Origin: Verrucomicrobiota bacterium
GTDB taxonomy: Bacteria; Verrucomicrobiota; Verrucomicrobiia; Limisphaerales; AAA164-E04
DNA length: 64,000 nucleotides
Assembly: GCA_047947115.1 (NCBI GenBank)
Contig: CP170459.1
Coordinates: 4,416,001 to 4,480,000, forward strand
Direction: 5' to 3'
The notes under the pieces were generated by a model. That model was not told where the DNA came from and searched no databases. It saw only the letters and a program-made list of their open reading frames with translations. Positions 9,644 through 19,249 of this stretch are shown piece by piece. The position numbers were made by a program, and so were the translations under genes. Position 1 is the first letter of the stretch. Each line of letters starts with the position of its first letter.

Positions 9644-10984
9644 TCAAGACAAGCAGAGTGGGCCGTCCACAGAATACTTTTCAGTGCCAAATGATCTCAA
9701 TTGATCATGTCCCAATCCATGAGCCAGAGCCAGCCAGAGCCTGTTATGGGGTTGTCCATCGAAATCCAGGGCACGACCGTTTTTGAAACCCGCGCCACCA
9801 CCGAGCAGCAGGAACGGAATATTGGACAGTGTGTGGGAGTTGCCTTTACCCAATTCGTTGAGCCATACGATCTGGGTGTTGTCCAGCATGGAACCTCCCC
9901 GTCCACCGGGTTCCGGAGTTTCAGCCAGTCGGGCAGCCAGGTAACCAAGTTCACCGGCAAACCAGTGATTGATACGCCGTAATTTGTCCTGTGCATCTTC
10001 GTTGCCGTCCGGTTCATGCGAAAGGGAATGATGCCCCTCCTGAATGTCCAGCCATCGCATACGTGCCTGCCCTACTGAACGCATGAATTGCAGCGAGGCA
10101 ACACGTGCCATGTCGTTGGCGAGGGCGTTGACCAACAAATCAATCTGCATGCGGCTGATCTCCGGAGTGTTGTCATTGACCAATTCAATGTCGGGATCGA
10201 TATCCGGCTCCGGATGCGTCATCTGGCTTTGTGCCTCGGCGGCGGCGATGTCCTTTTCAAGCCGACTGACGAGTTCCATGTGTTCTTCCAGCATGCCCTT
10301 GTCTTCAGAGCTCAACCGACCCGTGATGCGCTTGATGTCGGCACGCACGTGATCCAGGATGCTGGACATGTGTTTGCGATCCTGAGCACCTCCATAAAGC
10401 TTTTGGAACATCTGCCCCGGATCATCAATCGGAGCCACCGGTTTGTCGCTCCCCGCGTAACACATCCGTGTCCAGGGATCCGCACGGTTGGGAACCGCCA
10501 CGCCAAATTCCAAAGAACCGAATCGGGTACGGGTTTCTTCTCTGGACTGAAAGTGGTTCTTGATCTCCTGATCGATTGAAATGCCACTGGCCCATCCGGC
10601 TGGCGTATCACTCCCACCTTGAATATTCCCCGGCAGCAGTTCGGTCGCGGTGAGCAGGCAGGACATCCCGCGCATGTGATTGTCCCCATCTCCACGAATC
10701 TTGTTGTGCACCCCCTTCAACACCAACATTTGATCACGATAAGCGTTCAACGGTGACAGCATGGATTTAAGCTGGAGGGGCTGATCATCACCAAAACTGT
10801 CCGGCCAGAATTCGACGGGCAAGGTTCCGTTGGGTGAGAACATCACAATCAGCCTCTTGGGAGCTGTCTTTGAAACCGCTTTATCGGCCTTCAAACTGTT
10901 CAAGCCGGTTAAAAACGGAAGGGCGGCGGTGCCAAGTCCCAAGTCGCGCAGAAAACGTCGACGATGCTGCAGATTGAATTTCAT
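9644..10984 (-). CDS. DUF1552 family protein (Tat signal)
   Basis: RRRFLRDLG, PKRLIVMFSPNG, SIDQEI, HHSLSH and MLDNT; downstream of a DUF1592 gene. Confidence 0.88.
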   Translation of the reverse strand: MKFNLQHRRRFLRDLGLGTAALPFLTGLNSLKADKAVSKTAPKRLIVMFSPNGTLPVEFWPDSFGDDQPLQLKSMLSPLNAYRDQMLVLKGVHNKIRGDGDNHMRGMSCLLTATELLPGNIQGGSDTPAGWASGISIDQEIKNHFQSREETRTRFGSLEFGVAVPNRADPWTRMCYAGSDKPVAPIDDPGQMFQKLYGGAQDRKHMSSILDHVRADIKRITGRLSSEDKGMLEEHMELVSRLEKDIAAAEAQSQMTHPEPDIDPDIELVNDNTPEISRMQIDLLVNALANDMARVASLQFMRSVGQARMRWLDIQEGHHSLSHEPDGNEDAQDKLRRINHWFAGELGYLAARLAETPEPGGRGGSMLDNTQIVWLNELGKGNSHTLSNIPFLLLGGGAGFKNGRALDFDGQPHNRLWLALAHGLGHDQLRSFGTEKYSVDGPLCLS

Positions 10985-10988
10985 ATCG

Positions 10989-13505
10989 TTACTGTTTTGT
11001 TGTGGATTCGCTTTGATGATCCAATGTCACCGCAAGGACCGACATATGGGTGATCAATGACTGAATGTTAAAACCTTCCCGTTCAAATTGCAACCGTAAG
11101 CGCTGAAGGGCTCCGGGCTCAAACGCATCCGGCGATTGCTTGACCAAATGGAAAAACATCTGCGCCACAAACGCCGTGTGTGCCAGTTCATCCTCAACAG
11201 CAAACCGTGCGATATCCCTGGCCCGCTCAACCTGAATACTCTCTCCATCCTCGGTAAGATATTCGCTCAATGTATTAACCGGCTTATCCTTTTCATGTGT
11301 CCGCCAGCGACCGACCGCATCAAAACTTTCCAACGCAAACCCCAGAGGATTAATGATCGAGTGACATGCCATGCAGGCGGTGTCACTGGTCAATTGGGTG
11401 ATTTTTTCCCGCATGGTAATGTCTTCCGGAAAATCGCTATCCTTGAACGCAATGGCCATAGGGGGCGGCTTCAAGGCGCGGCCGACTATATTTCGAGTGA
11501 GGAAGACGCCGCGATGAATGGGGGAAGTGTTGTTGTGATAAGCAAAGGCGCTCAACAAATAAGGGTGCGTCAACACACCAGACCTTTGGTCTTTGGGAAA
11601 GGATACTTTTTCAAACGCCGCCAAATCGGTCGGCAACCCCTGCTCTTCCAGAGCTTCGGCATCCCGCTGATCAGGCAGATAAAACTCCTTCAAAAACGGA
11701 TTGAGCATCATGTAATCCGCCAGGAGCAGTTGACGATAATCCGATGCTGCACTCCAGACCACGTCCTCAATGAAAAGATCCAGCGACCGACGCAGATCCA
11801 CCACCAGGGCCTCATCAAAATCAGGAAACAATTGTTCGTCCTTGCTCAGATCACGTTCCTCGATTTCCAGCCAGTGGTCGAAGAAACCCCGCATTTTGAA
11901 CCGTGTTCTTGGGCTGTTCAACATCCGTCGCGCCTGTTCCAAGATCTGGCGTTCACTTGAAAGCTCCCCCCGGTGAGCTGCGTGCATCAACACTTGGTCC
12001 GGCACCGAATCCCAAAGAGTCAGCGAAAGCCGAGAAGCCAACTGATGTGCGTCAGGCGGGTTCCTACTGGAATCCCAAGGGGTATAGAGGAATTCGGGAG
12101 ACGTCAAAGCCAGCATCACACCCCTTCTGACGGCAATTTCGGGATTCTCAGCCTCGGCAAACAGGATGTTTCGAAAGAGCTGATCTTCTTCCTCGGTCAA
12201 CGGCCGGCGATAAGCCAGGGTGGCCAAGCGCGGAAGAAAGTCCTTCAATTTGTCGCCACGCTGCTCGTCACCCGCCTCAAACCCGGCCAGTAAAGGCAAC
12301 CGTTCCACCACCTCCGATGCCGTCGCAACCGCAGCCTGGGTCACCGATTCATACCAGGCCCAGGAAACCGAACTCCCGCGTTCATACCCCAGACTACGAT
12401 CATCCGCTGGAAAAGAAGTTTCCACCACAAAGGTGCGCGGGGGGCGATGCGTATTCAATGTTTCGCTGTCCATCACCCGCCAGACGCCGTGAGGTTTGCG
12501 CCATTCCAATTTGATGGATCCGGTCTTTTCAAGATACTTGAAATACTCCAACCGAATGGGATAATGCCGCCCGCCCAACAAAAACACCCTGGCTTCCAGA
12601 GATCGCATTTCCCCGGAACTGACCCAGCCATCAATCAAAGACTGCTGCCCCGCCACCGAACTGTCGTCTCTCAATTTGCCCCGCTGTCTGCCGGGATCAT
12701 TATTCACATAAAGCCGCGCACCGTTCTGTGTGGACACACGAAATTCGTAATTCCCTGTGGATTCGGCGAACATGCCGCCTTCCCAGATAATGGCAAATTG
12801 ATCCGGCTCAATCGATGAGTCGGGACTTCCTTCCCCGAAATCAAAATCAATCTCAGGATCAATCCGCTCCAACTTTTGCTCGTTGGCCTTGTTCATGCCT
12901 TTGGATTGAAAATAGGTGGCACTCAATCCCGGTTCTCCGGCATGAAACGCTTCCAGAGCATGATCGTCACCGCGTTCCCCTTTGGCATCCGGGGTCACCA
13001 GCAACAACATGTCGGCGACACTGTTCAGGTATTGGGGAACCGTAAGCCTTGAAAGTTCGACTCGCACACCGTTACCCAACCGAGCCTGGGCTTCCTGCGA
13101 GTAGAATGCATGATAAATATAGGTGGAAACAGCAAGTGCGTCATCGCCAACGCACAAATCAGGGTCTTCTTCTGGCATGGTCCGAACCACGCGCCGGGTA
13201 AGGCTCTCCAACGATCGGGTTCCGACAAGTGTTTCATCACATTTTTCATCCACACCTTCGCCCCGCTCTCCATGACAATCAACACACTGGGCCCTGTAAA
13301 TATCACTGCCCTTGAGAAACACCTCACTGGACTCCCATTCGGATGCATGAGAATTCCCCCAAAAAATTACCCCCAACAAAGTCAGGATGATCCAATAGCT
13401 TTTGGAAAAAGGATTCAAATCAATGGTCTCTTTCATGTCTGTTTCTGAATACCTGAAACTAGCATGGCGGATAAACAGGTGCAATCCCAACCATACCTCA
13501 CCCAT
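10989..13505 (-). CDS. DUF1592/DUF1595/DUF1588 protein with N-terminal cytochrome c and PA14 domain
   Basis: CVDCH, a PA14-like IDFDFG..W.G segment, AYRRP, LASRLS..LWDSVPD, TSPIHRG and CMACH..INPLGF. True start may be the later MKETIDL. Confidence 0.88.
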   Translation of the reverse strand: MGEVWLGLHLFIRHASFRYSETDMKETIDLNPFSKSYWIILTLLGVIFWGNSHASEWESSEVFLKGSDIYRAQCVDCHGERGEGVDEKCDETLVGTRSLESLTRRVVRTMPEEDPDLCVGDDALAVSTYIYHAFYSQEAQARLGNGVRVELSRLTVPQYLNSVADMLLLVTPDAKGERGDDHALEAFHAGEPGLSATYFQSKGMNKANEQKLERIDPEIDFDFGEGSPDSSIEPDQFAIIWEGGMFAESTGNYEFRVSTQNGARLYVNNDPGRQRGKLRDDSSVAGQQSLIDGWVSSGEMRSLEARVFLLGGRHYPIRLEYFKYLEKTGSIKLEWRKPHGVWRVMDSETLNTHRPPRTFVVETSFPADDRSLGYERGSSVSWAWYESVTQAAVATASEVVERLPLLAGFEAGDEQRGDKLKDFLPRLATLAYRRPLTEEEDQLFRNILFAEAENPEIAVRRGVMLALTSPEFLYTPWDSSRNPPDAHQLASRLSLTLWDSVPDQVLMHAAHRGELSSERQILEQARRMLNSPRTRFKMRGFFDHWLEIEERDLSKDEQLFPDFDEALVVDLRRSLDLFIEDVVWSAASDYRQLLLADYMMLNPFLKEFYLPDQRDAEALEEQGLPTDLAAFEKVSFPKDQRSGVLTHPYLLSAFAYHNNTSPIHRGVFLTRNIVGRALKPPPMAIAFKDSDFPEDITMREKITQLTSDTACMACHSIINPLGFALESFDAVGRWRTHEKDKPVNTLSEYLTEDGESIQVERARDIARFAVEDELAHTAFVAQMFFHLVKQSPDAFEPGALQRLRLQFEREGFNIQSLITHMSVLAVTLDHQSESTTKQ

Positions 13506-13712
13506 CCGTTTGAAACTCCTCAGTTCACAGGCGATTGATTCGCCGCATCAGACGTGATTTATTCAATCATTAACATTCCTAAGAACTCATATCCTCATTT
13601 ACAGAGTATGACGTTGTCGTTACCGACAGCCAGGCACTTGTTTTTTTAATAACAACATTGGGGTTGGGGGTTGAATTTTTTATCCCCAACAAAACAACAG
13701 GGATAACAAGCA

Positions 13713-13780
13713 GGGCAGTCACGCAACGGTGTGAGCTATTCACCACAGCTACGCAACCAAGACATCGTTCGTGACTGCCC
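13713..13780. repeat. 68-bp intergenic inverted repeat (stem-loop)
   Basis: GGGCAGTCACG/CGTGACTGCCC perfect 11-bp arms plus an 8-bp inner stem. Confidence 0.7.
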
Positions 13781-13862
13781 GATTTTCCTTTGGAAACAAT
13801 TTCCTTCCAGAGTGTTTGGCATGCGCCGCTTCATCTGGTAAATTGGGACCATCCTATTCAAC

Positions 13863-15662
13863 ATGAAAACCGCACACCCGATCTCTTTAGTCCTGCTGAT
13901 GGTTTTATTTTCAAGCCCAATCGTGCAGCCGGACACATCGCACGCCACCGATCGCCCCCCGAACATTGTCGTGATCTTGTCGGACGATCAGGGCTGGGGC
14001 GATTTGAGTTTAAACGGCAACCCAAACCTCTCCACTCCCCACATTGATTCCCTGGCCCGTGATGGCGTGAAATTTGACCGGTTCTACGTGTGCCCTGTAT
14101 GTTCACCCACGCGTGCCGAGTTTCTGACCGGGAGATACCACCCCAGAAGCGGCGTTTACAGCACTTCCGCGGGGGGAGAACGCCTGAACGCAGACGAAAC
14201 CACCATCGCGCAAGTGTTTAAAAAAGCAGGTTACGCGACCGGAGCATTCGGCAAATGGCACAACGGCATGCAGGCTCCCTACCACCCGAACGCAAGGGGG
14301 TTTGATGAGTTTTATGGCTTCTGTTCAGGTCACTGGGGGAACTACTTCAGTCCCCCATTGGAGCACAATGGCGTTGCCGTGCAGGGCAAAGGATTCATCA
14401 TCGACGATTTGACCGATCAAGCCTTGAAGTTCATCGAAACCAAGCAAAACGCCCCCTTCTTCTGTTACCTCCCCCTGAACACGCCCCACTCTCCCATGCA
14501 GGTTCCGGACGCTTATTGGGAACGTTTTAAAGACAAAGAACTGGTTTTTCGTCACCGGGATTTTGACCAGGAAAATGTGCCACACACACGGGCTGCGCTG
14601 GCGATGTGCGAAAACATTGACTGGAACGTGGGACGCATCCTGGATCAGCTCGACCGCTTGAACCTCGCCGAAAACACCATCGTGTTGTACTTCAGCGACA
14701 ACGGCCCCAACGGCAGCCGGTGGAATGGAGATATGAAAGGCAGAAAAGGCTCCACCGATGAAGGCGGCGTGCGGAGCCCGCTCGTCATGAGATGGCCAAA
14801 AGGTATCCAACCGGGAAGCATCGTGGAAAACATCGGCGCCGCCATCGACCTTCTCCCAACCCTGGCGGACATGACCGGCATCGAGGTGAATGCCGTAAAG
14901 TCCTTGGACGGAATCAGTCTCAAACCACTCCTCATGGGAGGAGACTATAAAGGAAAGGATCGCCTTATTTTCTCCCATTGGAACGGTCGGGTGAGTGTCC
15001 GTCATCAACGCTTTCGACTGGATCATCAGGGAGCGCTTTTTGACATTGCAGCAGACCAAGGCCAACGCACCAACGTTGCCGAACTATATCCGGACATGAC
15101 CCACCAATTGCGTTCGGAGGTGGAACAATGGAAAGCAGATTTGTTGAAAGGATCCCCGGACAAACATCGGCCGTTCACGGTGGGGCATCCGGAATTTGAA
15201 CGCACTTGGCTCCCGGCTCGCGATGCCACGTCCACAGGGTCCATCGAACGCTCCAATCGTTTTCCCAATGACTCCTACTTCACCGCGTGGACCTCAACTG
15301 AGGACTACTTGCAATGGAACATCGAGGTCCTCAAATCAGGCGACTACCAGGCAATCATCTGGCAAACCTGCGCTGAAAAAGACTCATCCCCTCTCCTGGA
15401 ACTGAATTTCAACAACCATCACTTGAGAGCCAGAATCAGCGAAACCTGGGACCCGCCGGTCATGGGAGCCGAAAACGACCGCATCAAACGCCAGGAATCC
15501 TACGTCAAAGATTTCCGCCCGTTCACCCTGGGGCAGATCCACCTCCCAAAAGCCAAAGGCACTCTCCAACTCAAAGCCCTGGACATCCCCGGCGAAAAAG
15601 CCCCTGAAATCCGCCTGCTGGAGTTGATAAGAACTAAAAGTAAAACAAGCAACGGAGACTAA
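13863..15662 (+). CDS. Arylsulfatase (formylglycine-dependent sulfatase family)
   Basis: PNIVVILSDDQG, CSPTRAEFLTG, GKWH and FSDNG; signal peptide. Confidence 0.93.
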   Translation: MKTAHPISLVLLMVLFSSPIVQPDTSHATDRPPNIVVILSDDQGWGDLSLNGNPNLSTPHIDSLARDGVKFDRFYVCPVCSPTRAEFLTGRYHPRSGVYSTSAGGERLNADETTIAQVFKKAGYATGAFGKWHNGMQAPYHPNARGFDEFYGFCSGHWGNYFSPPLEHNGVAVQGKGFIIDDLTDQALKFIETKQNAPFFCYLPLNTPHSPMQVPDAYWERFKDKELVFRHRDFDQENVPHTRAALAMCENIDWNVGRILDQLDRLNLAENTIVLYFSDNGPNGSRWNGDMKGRKGSTDEGGVRSPLVMRWPKGIQPGSIVENIGAAIDLLPTLADMTGIEVNAVKSLDGISLKPLLMGGDYKGKDRLIFSHWNGRVSVRHQRFRLDHQGALFDIAADQGQRTNVAELYPDMTHQLRSEVEQWKADLLKGSPDKHRPFTVGHPEFERTWLPARDATSTGSIERSNRFPNDSYFTAWTSTEDYLQWNIEVLKSGDYQAIIWQTCAEKDSSPLLELNFNNHHLRARISETWDPPVMGAENDRIKRQESYVKDFRPFTLGQIHLPKAKGTLQLKALDIPGEKAPEIRLLELIRTKSKTSNGD

Positions 15663-15730
15663 TCCATCCTTTGAATCCCTTTCAGCCTGTCAAAAAAGAA
15701 ATCCACTAATCGACTGCTCGCGGATTTGTC

Positions 15731-15765
15731 TTCCACGCACATGAAGCATTCGCCATAGTATCGCC
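15731..15765 (+). promoter_or_regulatory. Putative sigma70 promoter, leaderless, for der
   Basis: TTCCAC-17-CATAGT-6-ATG. Confidence 0.45.
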
Positions 15766-17337
15766 ATGTCGCAAGTTATTGCCATCGTCGGACGCCCCAA
15801 TGTGGGCAAGTCCGCCCTATTCAACCGTATTGTCCGCAAGCGCATCGCCATCGTCCATGATGAACCAGGCGTGACACGCGACCGCGTACTTGTGGAGGCG
15901 GAGTGGCGCGGCAGACCTTTCACATTGGTCGACACGGGCGGCATTGGTCTCCGCCAGGGTGAAAAATGCAGCGATGTGATCACAGGTGCGGCCATGGACC
16001 AAGTGCAACTGGCGTTGGATGCCGCTTCCGTGATCCTGTTTGTCGTGAATGTGCAGGAAGGTCTCCTGCCTCTGGACCATGAAGTTGCCCAGCGCCTCCA
16101 CGCCTCGGGCAAAAAAATTCTGTTGATCGCTAACAAAGCCGATCACTCAGGCTTCGACGAAGATGCCGAGTCGCTCTCTGAGTTGGGATTTCAAGAAATT
16201 TTCCCCGTATCTGCCATCCATGGTCGAGGAGTCGAAAACATGATGAAAGCGGCCCTTCAACATCTCCCAACAGGAGACATGACTGAAGGCGTAGAATCAG
16301 ATGATTTCTCACAGGAAAGTGAGCAGGAACCGCTCAAGCTAGCCATCGTCGGCCGGCCCAATGTCGGCAAATCCAGTATCATCAATTCATTTGCCAATTC
16401 GGAACGGGTCATCGTCAGCCCCATCTCCGGAACCACGCGAGATTCGGTGGATGTCCCCATCGAGATTGAAGCCGAGGGCACCAGGCATGCCTATGTGCTG
16501 ATTGACACAGCGGGAATTCGAAAAAGGCGCCGAGTCGATGACTCGGTGGAATTTTTCAGCGTCAAACGCGCCGAAGACTCCATTGAACGTTGTGACATCG
16601 CCATTCACGTCATGGATGCCCAATGCGGAGTGACCATGCAGGACAAAAAAATTGCCGGCAAGATCCTGGAAGCTCAAAAAGCATGCATTCTGGTCGTCAA
16701 CAAATGGGATCTATACGAACAATCCGTGGCCAAAGCTCGTGATGAGATCTCTGCATCCGAAAATAAAAAACGATCCAAATCCCAATGGCTGACCTCCCTG
16801 GGAGATTTTGGCGAATGGGTGCAACAACAACTCTTTTTCATGGACTATGCACCGGTGATTTTCACAAGCGCCGAGTCAGGGTTCCATCTGGACCGCCTAC
16901 TGGAAGCCATCCGGTTTGTCGCCGACCAATTAAAACAAAAAGTGCCGACGTCATTGGTGAACCGAACACTTCACGACGCCGTCACCGATCGCCAGCCGGT
17001 GTCCAAACAAGGGACACGCCTGAAATTCTATTACGCAACACAGGTAAAACTGGCTCCCCCAACGTTTCGATTATTTCTTAATCGAAAGGACATTTTCGAC
17101 GAACGTTACACAAAATATCTGGCAGGCAAAATGCGCCAGGCCTTCGGTTACGAAGGTTGCCCGATCATCTTTGAACCTCGTGCCCGCCCAAAGAAAGTGG
17201 AATCCATCCGCACCCGAAAAAAACGAGTTGAAAAGAAGAAAGAGGAAAAGAAACCCACCAGGGCAAAGGATCCCCGTAAAAGAAAACAGTCCAAACGCCC
17301 CCTCCAAGTCAAAAAGAAGACCGCAGGATCAACTTAG
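15766..17337 (+). CDS. der: Ribosome biogenesis GTPase Der (EngA)
   Basis: Two GRPNVGKS P-loops, DTGG and DTAG, NKAD and NKWD, KH-like C-domain, Lys-rich tail. Confidence 0.96.
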   Translation: MSQVIAIVGRPNVGKSALFNRIVRKRIAIVHDEPGVTRDRVLVEAEWRGRPFTLVDTGGIGLRQGEKCSDVITGAAMDQVQLALDAASVILFVVNVQEGLLPLDHEVAQRLHASGKKILLIANKADHSGFDEDAESLSELGFQEIFPVSAIHGRGVENMMKAALQHLPTGDMTEGVESDDFSQESEQEPLKLAIVGRPNVGKSSIINSFANSERVIVSPISGTTRDSVDVPIEIEAEGTRHAYVLIDTAGIRKRRRVDDSVEFFSVKRAEDSIERCDIAIHVMDAQCGVTMQDKKIAGKILEAQKACILVVNKWDLYEQSVAKARDEISASENKKRSKSQWLTSLGDFGEWVQQQLFFMDYAPVIFTSAESGFHLDRLLEAIRFVADQLKQKVPTSLVNRTLHDAVTDRQPVSKQGTRLKFYYATQVKLAPPTFRLFLNRKDIFDERYTKYLAGKMRQAFGYEGCPIIFEPRARPKKVESIRTRKKRVEKKKEEKKPTRAKDPRKRKQSKRPLQVKKKTAGST

Positions 17338-17537
17338 AATTTAAAACGGGAAACCTGCAGCCTTCCCTTGGTTAGAGCGTGGCGTCTCGGCGCGCTGACC
17401 TTGTGGCGTCCATCAACAATGTTGCCTGCCTTTTTGGGAAGCCCTCGGCTCTCAAACACCCCAGACCCGCATCACTGACGCTCGCATGCGGATCGTGACG
17501 ATCAGACTCCCCTACGCCCCACTCTTCTCCACGACGA

Positions 17538-18434
17538 TCATTGCGTCACCCATTCGCGTAACGTTGATGGATTTCCATGGATCCAAGCCACTTCTTCAGC
17601 ATTTAAAGCGCGCTGGAAACAACTGACTTCATCCAGCAACCCGATGTAATTGAGACCAAGATACAGTCGAACGGATTCATCTTCCTTCCAGGTAAATCTC
17701 TGATTCCAATTCTCAATAGCCCCCTTGAATTCCCCATTCATAAACAGCTTGGCCACTCCGTTCTTCTCCCCGGTATTGAAGTTCTCCCAGGTGAACAGCA
17801 CATGCGTCCATAGATCCCGACCAAACGGCGGGGCATGAACCGGGAAAAGAGGTCGCTGATCTTCGGATACTTCCTGGTTCTCCGGATTCCATACTTTCAA
17901 ATCAGCAAAAGCGCCGAGGCGAAAATCTCTGGGATCTCCATCTTTATTAAAATCCACGAAGAAAGCGCCATCATTCCAAGCGCGAGTCGTGAGTTGCAAT
18001 GGATCAGCAAATCCAGGCGCCAAATCAGTCTCCGGATCCAGCTTCAGCCAAAGCGAAACCGAACCTTCCCAGCGATCCTGACGATAATCCACATTTTTCT
18101 CCCCGCGATAGAAAATCCAAGGGGCATTGCGTTCATTGAATTTTAATGCAGCACCACCCTCCATACCTTCATTTCTGACCCATTCGGTCTGTCCCTGGGC
18201 ATGCAGTCCGCGTCGTATGGCTTCCTTGGGGTTTTTGGCGGTGATGGTATGAAGACTGGGATTCCCTTTCGCAAAATCCGCCTCGATGCCCTTGTCGAAG
18301 GATGCATGGAAGGTCAACGCTGCTTGTATGGACTTCCCGATTGACTGGGCCTTGCCGGAAATGGGCATCGTCATCATGAAAGACAATATCCCAAACAAGA
18401 TAGAACGTGAGTAGAGCTTCGCTTGGCTTTTCAT
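17538..18434 (-). CDS. LamG/concanavalin A-like jelly-roll protein
   Basis: ALTFHASFD, GSVSLW, WTHVLFTW, LFMNG and GLLDEV..F.RAL. Start set at MKSQAK to avoid overlap with truA. Confidence 0.8.
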   Translation of the reverse strand: MKSQAKLYSRSILFGILSFMMTMPISGKAQSIGKSIQAALTFHASFDKGIEADFAKGNPSLHTITAKNPKEAIRRGLHAQGQTEWVRNEGMEGGAALKFNERNAPWIFYRGEKNVDYRQDRWEGSVSLWLKLDPETDLAPGFADPLQLTTRAWNDGAFFVDFNKDGDPRDFRLGAFADLKVWNPENQEVSEDQRPLFPVHAPPFGRDLWTHVLFTWENFNTGEKNGVAKLFMNGEFKGAIENWNQRFTWKEDESVRLYLGLNYIGLLDEVSCFQRALNAEEVAWIHGNPSTLREWVTQ

Positions 18435-18480
18435 GGAGGATGTTTTAGCCTCCCGGATGTCGATTGAAAACTCAAATCGC

Positions 18481-19245
18481 ATGGAGTCGTCACAAAGAAC
18501 CATCAAGTTGAAACTGATCATCGCCTATCACGGAGGCCATTATCAGGGCTGGCAAACCCAGAAAATAGGAACGGGCGTTCAAAGCCTGGTGGAAAGTTGT
18601 TTGAAACGCTTTTTTCCCGATGCCGGCCCCCTGTGCGGATCCAGCCGCACGGACACAGGGGTGCACGCCCTGGGAATGACGGCGCATGTGGAAATCCCCG
18701 CCACATCCTTTCACATGGAACCACGCAAGATGCGATTAGCCATGAACGCCCACCTTCCGGACGACATCCGCATCATCACCGTCACCCGAGTTCCCCTCAG
18801 GTTTCACGCACGATTTGATGCCAAGGGAAAGCAATATCAATATGTTATCTGGAATCATCCGTCGATGAATCCATTGTTGCAGGGTTTGGGGTGGCACGTA
18901 CCGGTGGCTTTGGACCTGAAAGCCATGCAGAAAGCCTCCGCACATTTTCTGGGTAAGCGCGATTTCAGATCCGTTGCTTCCAACCGTAATTACGCCTACG
19001 AAAGCACCGTGCGCACCTTGACCCGATGTGATGTGAGAAAAAAAGGAGCCGAATACACAGTCATCATCGAAGGAGACGGATTTCTCTACAAAATGTGTCG
19101 AGGCATTGTTGGGACCCTGGTCGCGGTGGGGAAAGGAAAGTGGACCCCGGATGACATCCCCCCCCTCCTTTTAGAAAAAAACAGGGAGGCCACCGGCATG
19201 AACGCCCCCGCCTGTGGTCTGACATTGCACAAGGTGTTTTATTGA
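18481..19245 (+). CDS. truA: tRNA pseudouridine(38-40) synthase
   Basis: GWQ, SRTDTGVHA catalytic motif, FHARF, FLYKMCR and APACGL. Confidence 0.95.
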   Translation: MESSQRTIKLKLIIAYHGGHYQGWQTQKIGTGVQSLVESCLKRFFPDAGPLCGSSRTDTGVHALGMTAHVEIPATSFHMEPRKMRLAMNAHLPDDIRIITVTRVPLRFHARFDAKGKQYQYVIWNHPSMNPLLQGLGWHVPVALDLKAMQKASAHFLGKRDFRSVASNRNYAYESTVRTLTRCDVRKKGAEYTVIIEGDGFLYKMCRGIVGTLVAVGKGKWTPDDIPPLLLEKNREATGMNAPACGLTLHKVFY

Positions 19246-19249
19246 TCCG

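Noticed and set aside
13640..13710. Replication origin (TTATCCCCA-like DnaA boxes, AT-rich)
   Set aside because: Only one or two imperfect boxes, and no dnaA/dnaN/gidA-type neighbours.
17338..17537. Possible repeat or ncRNA between der and the LamG gene
   Set aside because: Only short weak palindromes, and no second copy found in the window.
18433..18521. Apparent head-to-head overlap of truA and LamG ORFs (also gpsA/plsY and 29263-29429)
   Set aside because: Artefact of longest-ORF starts; downstream ATGs give normal N-termini without the long overlaps.
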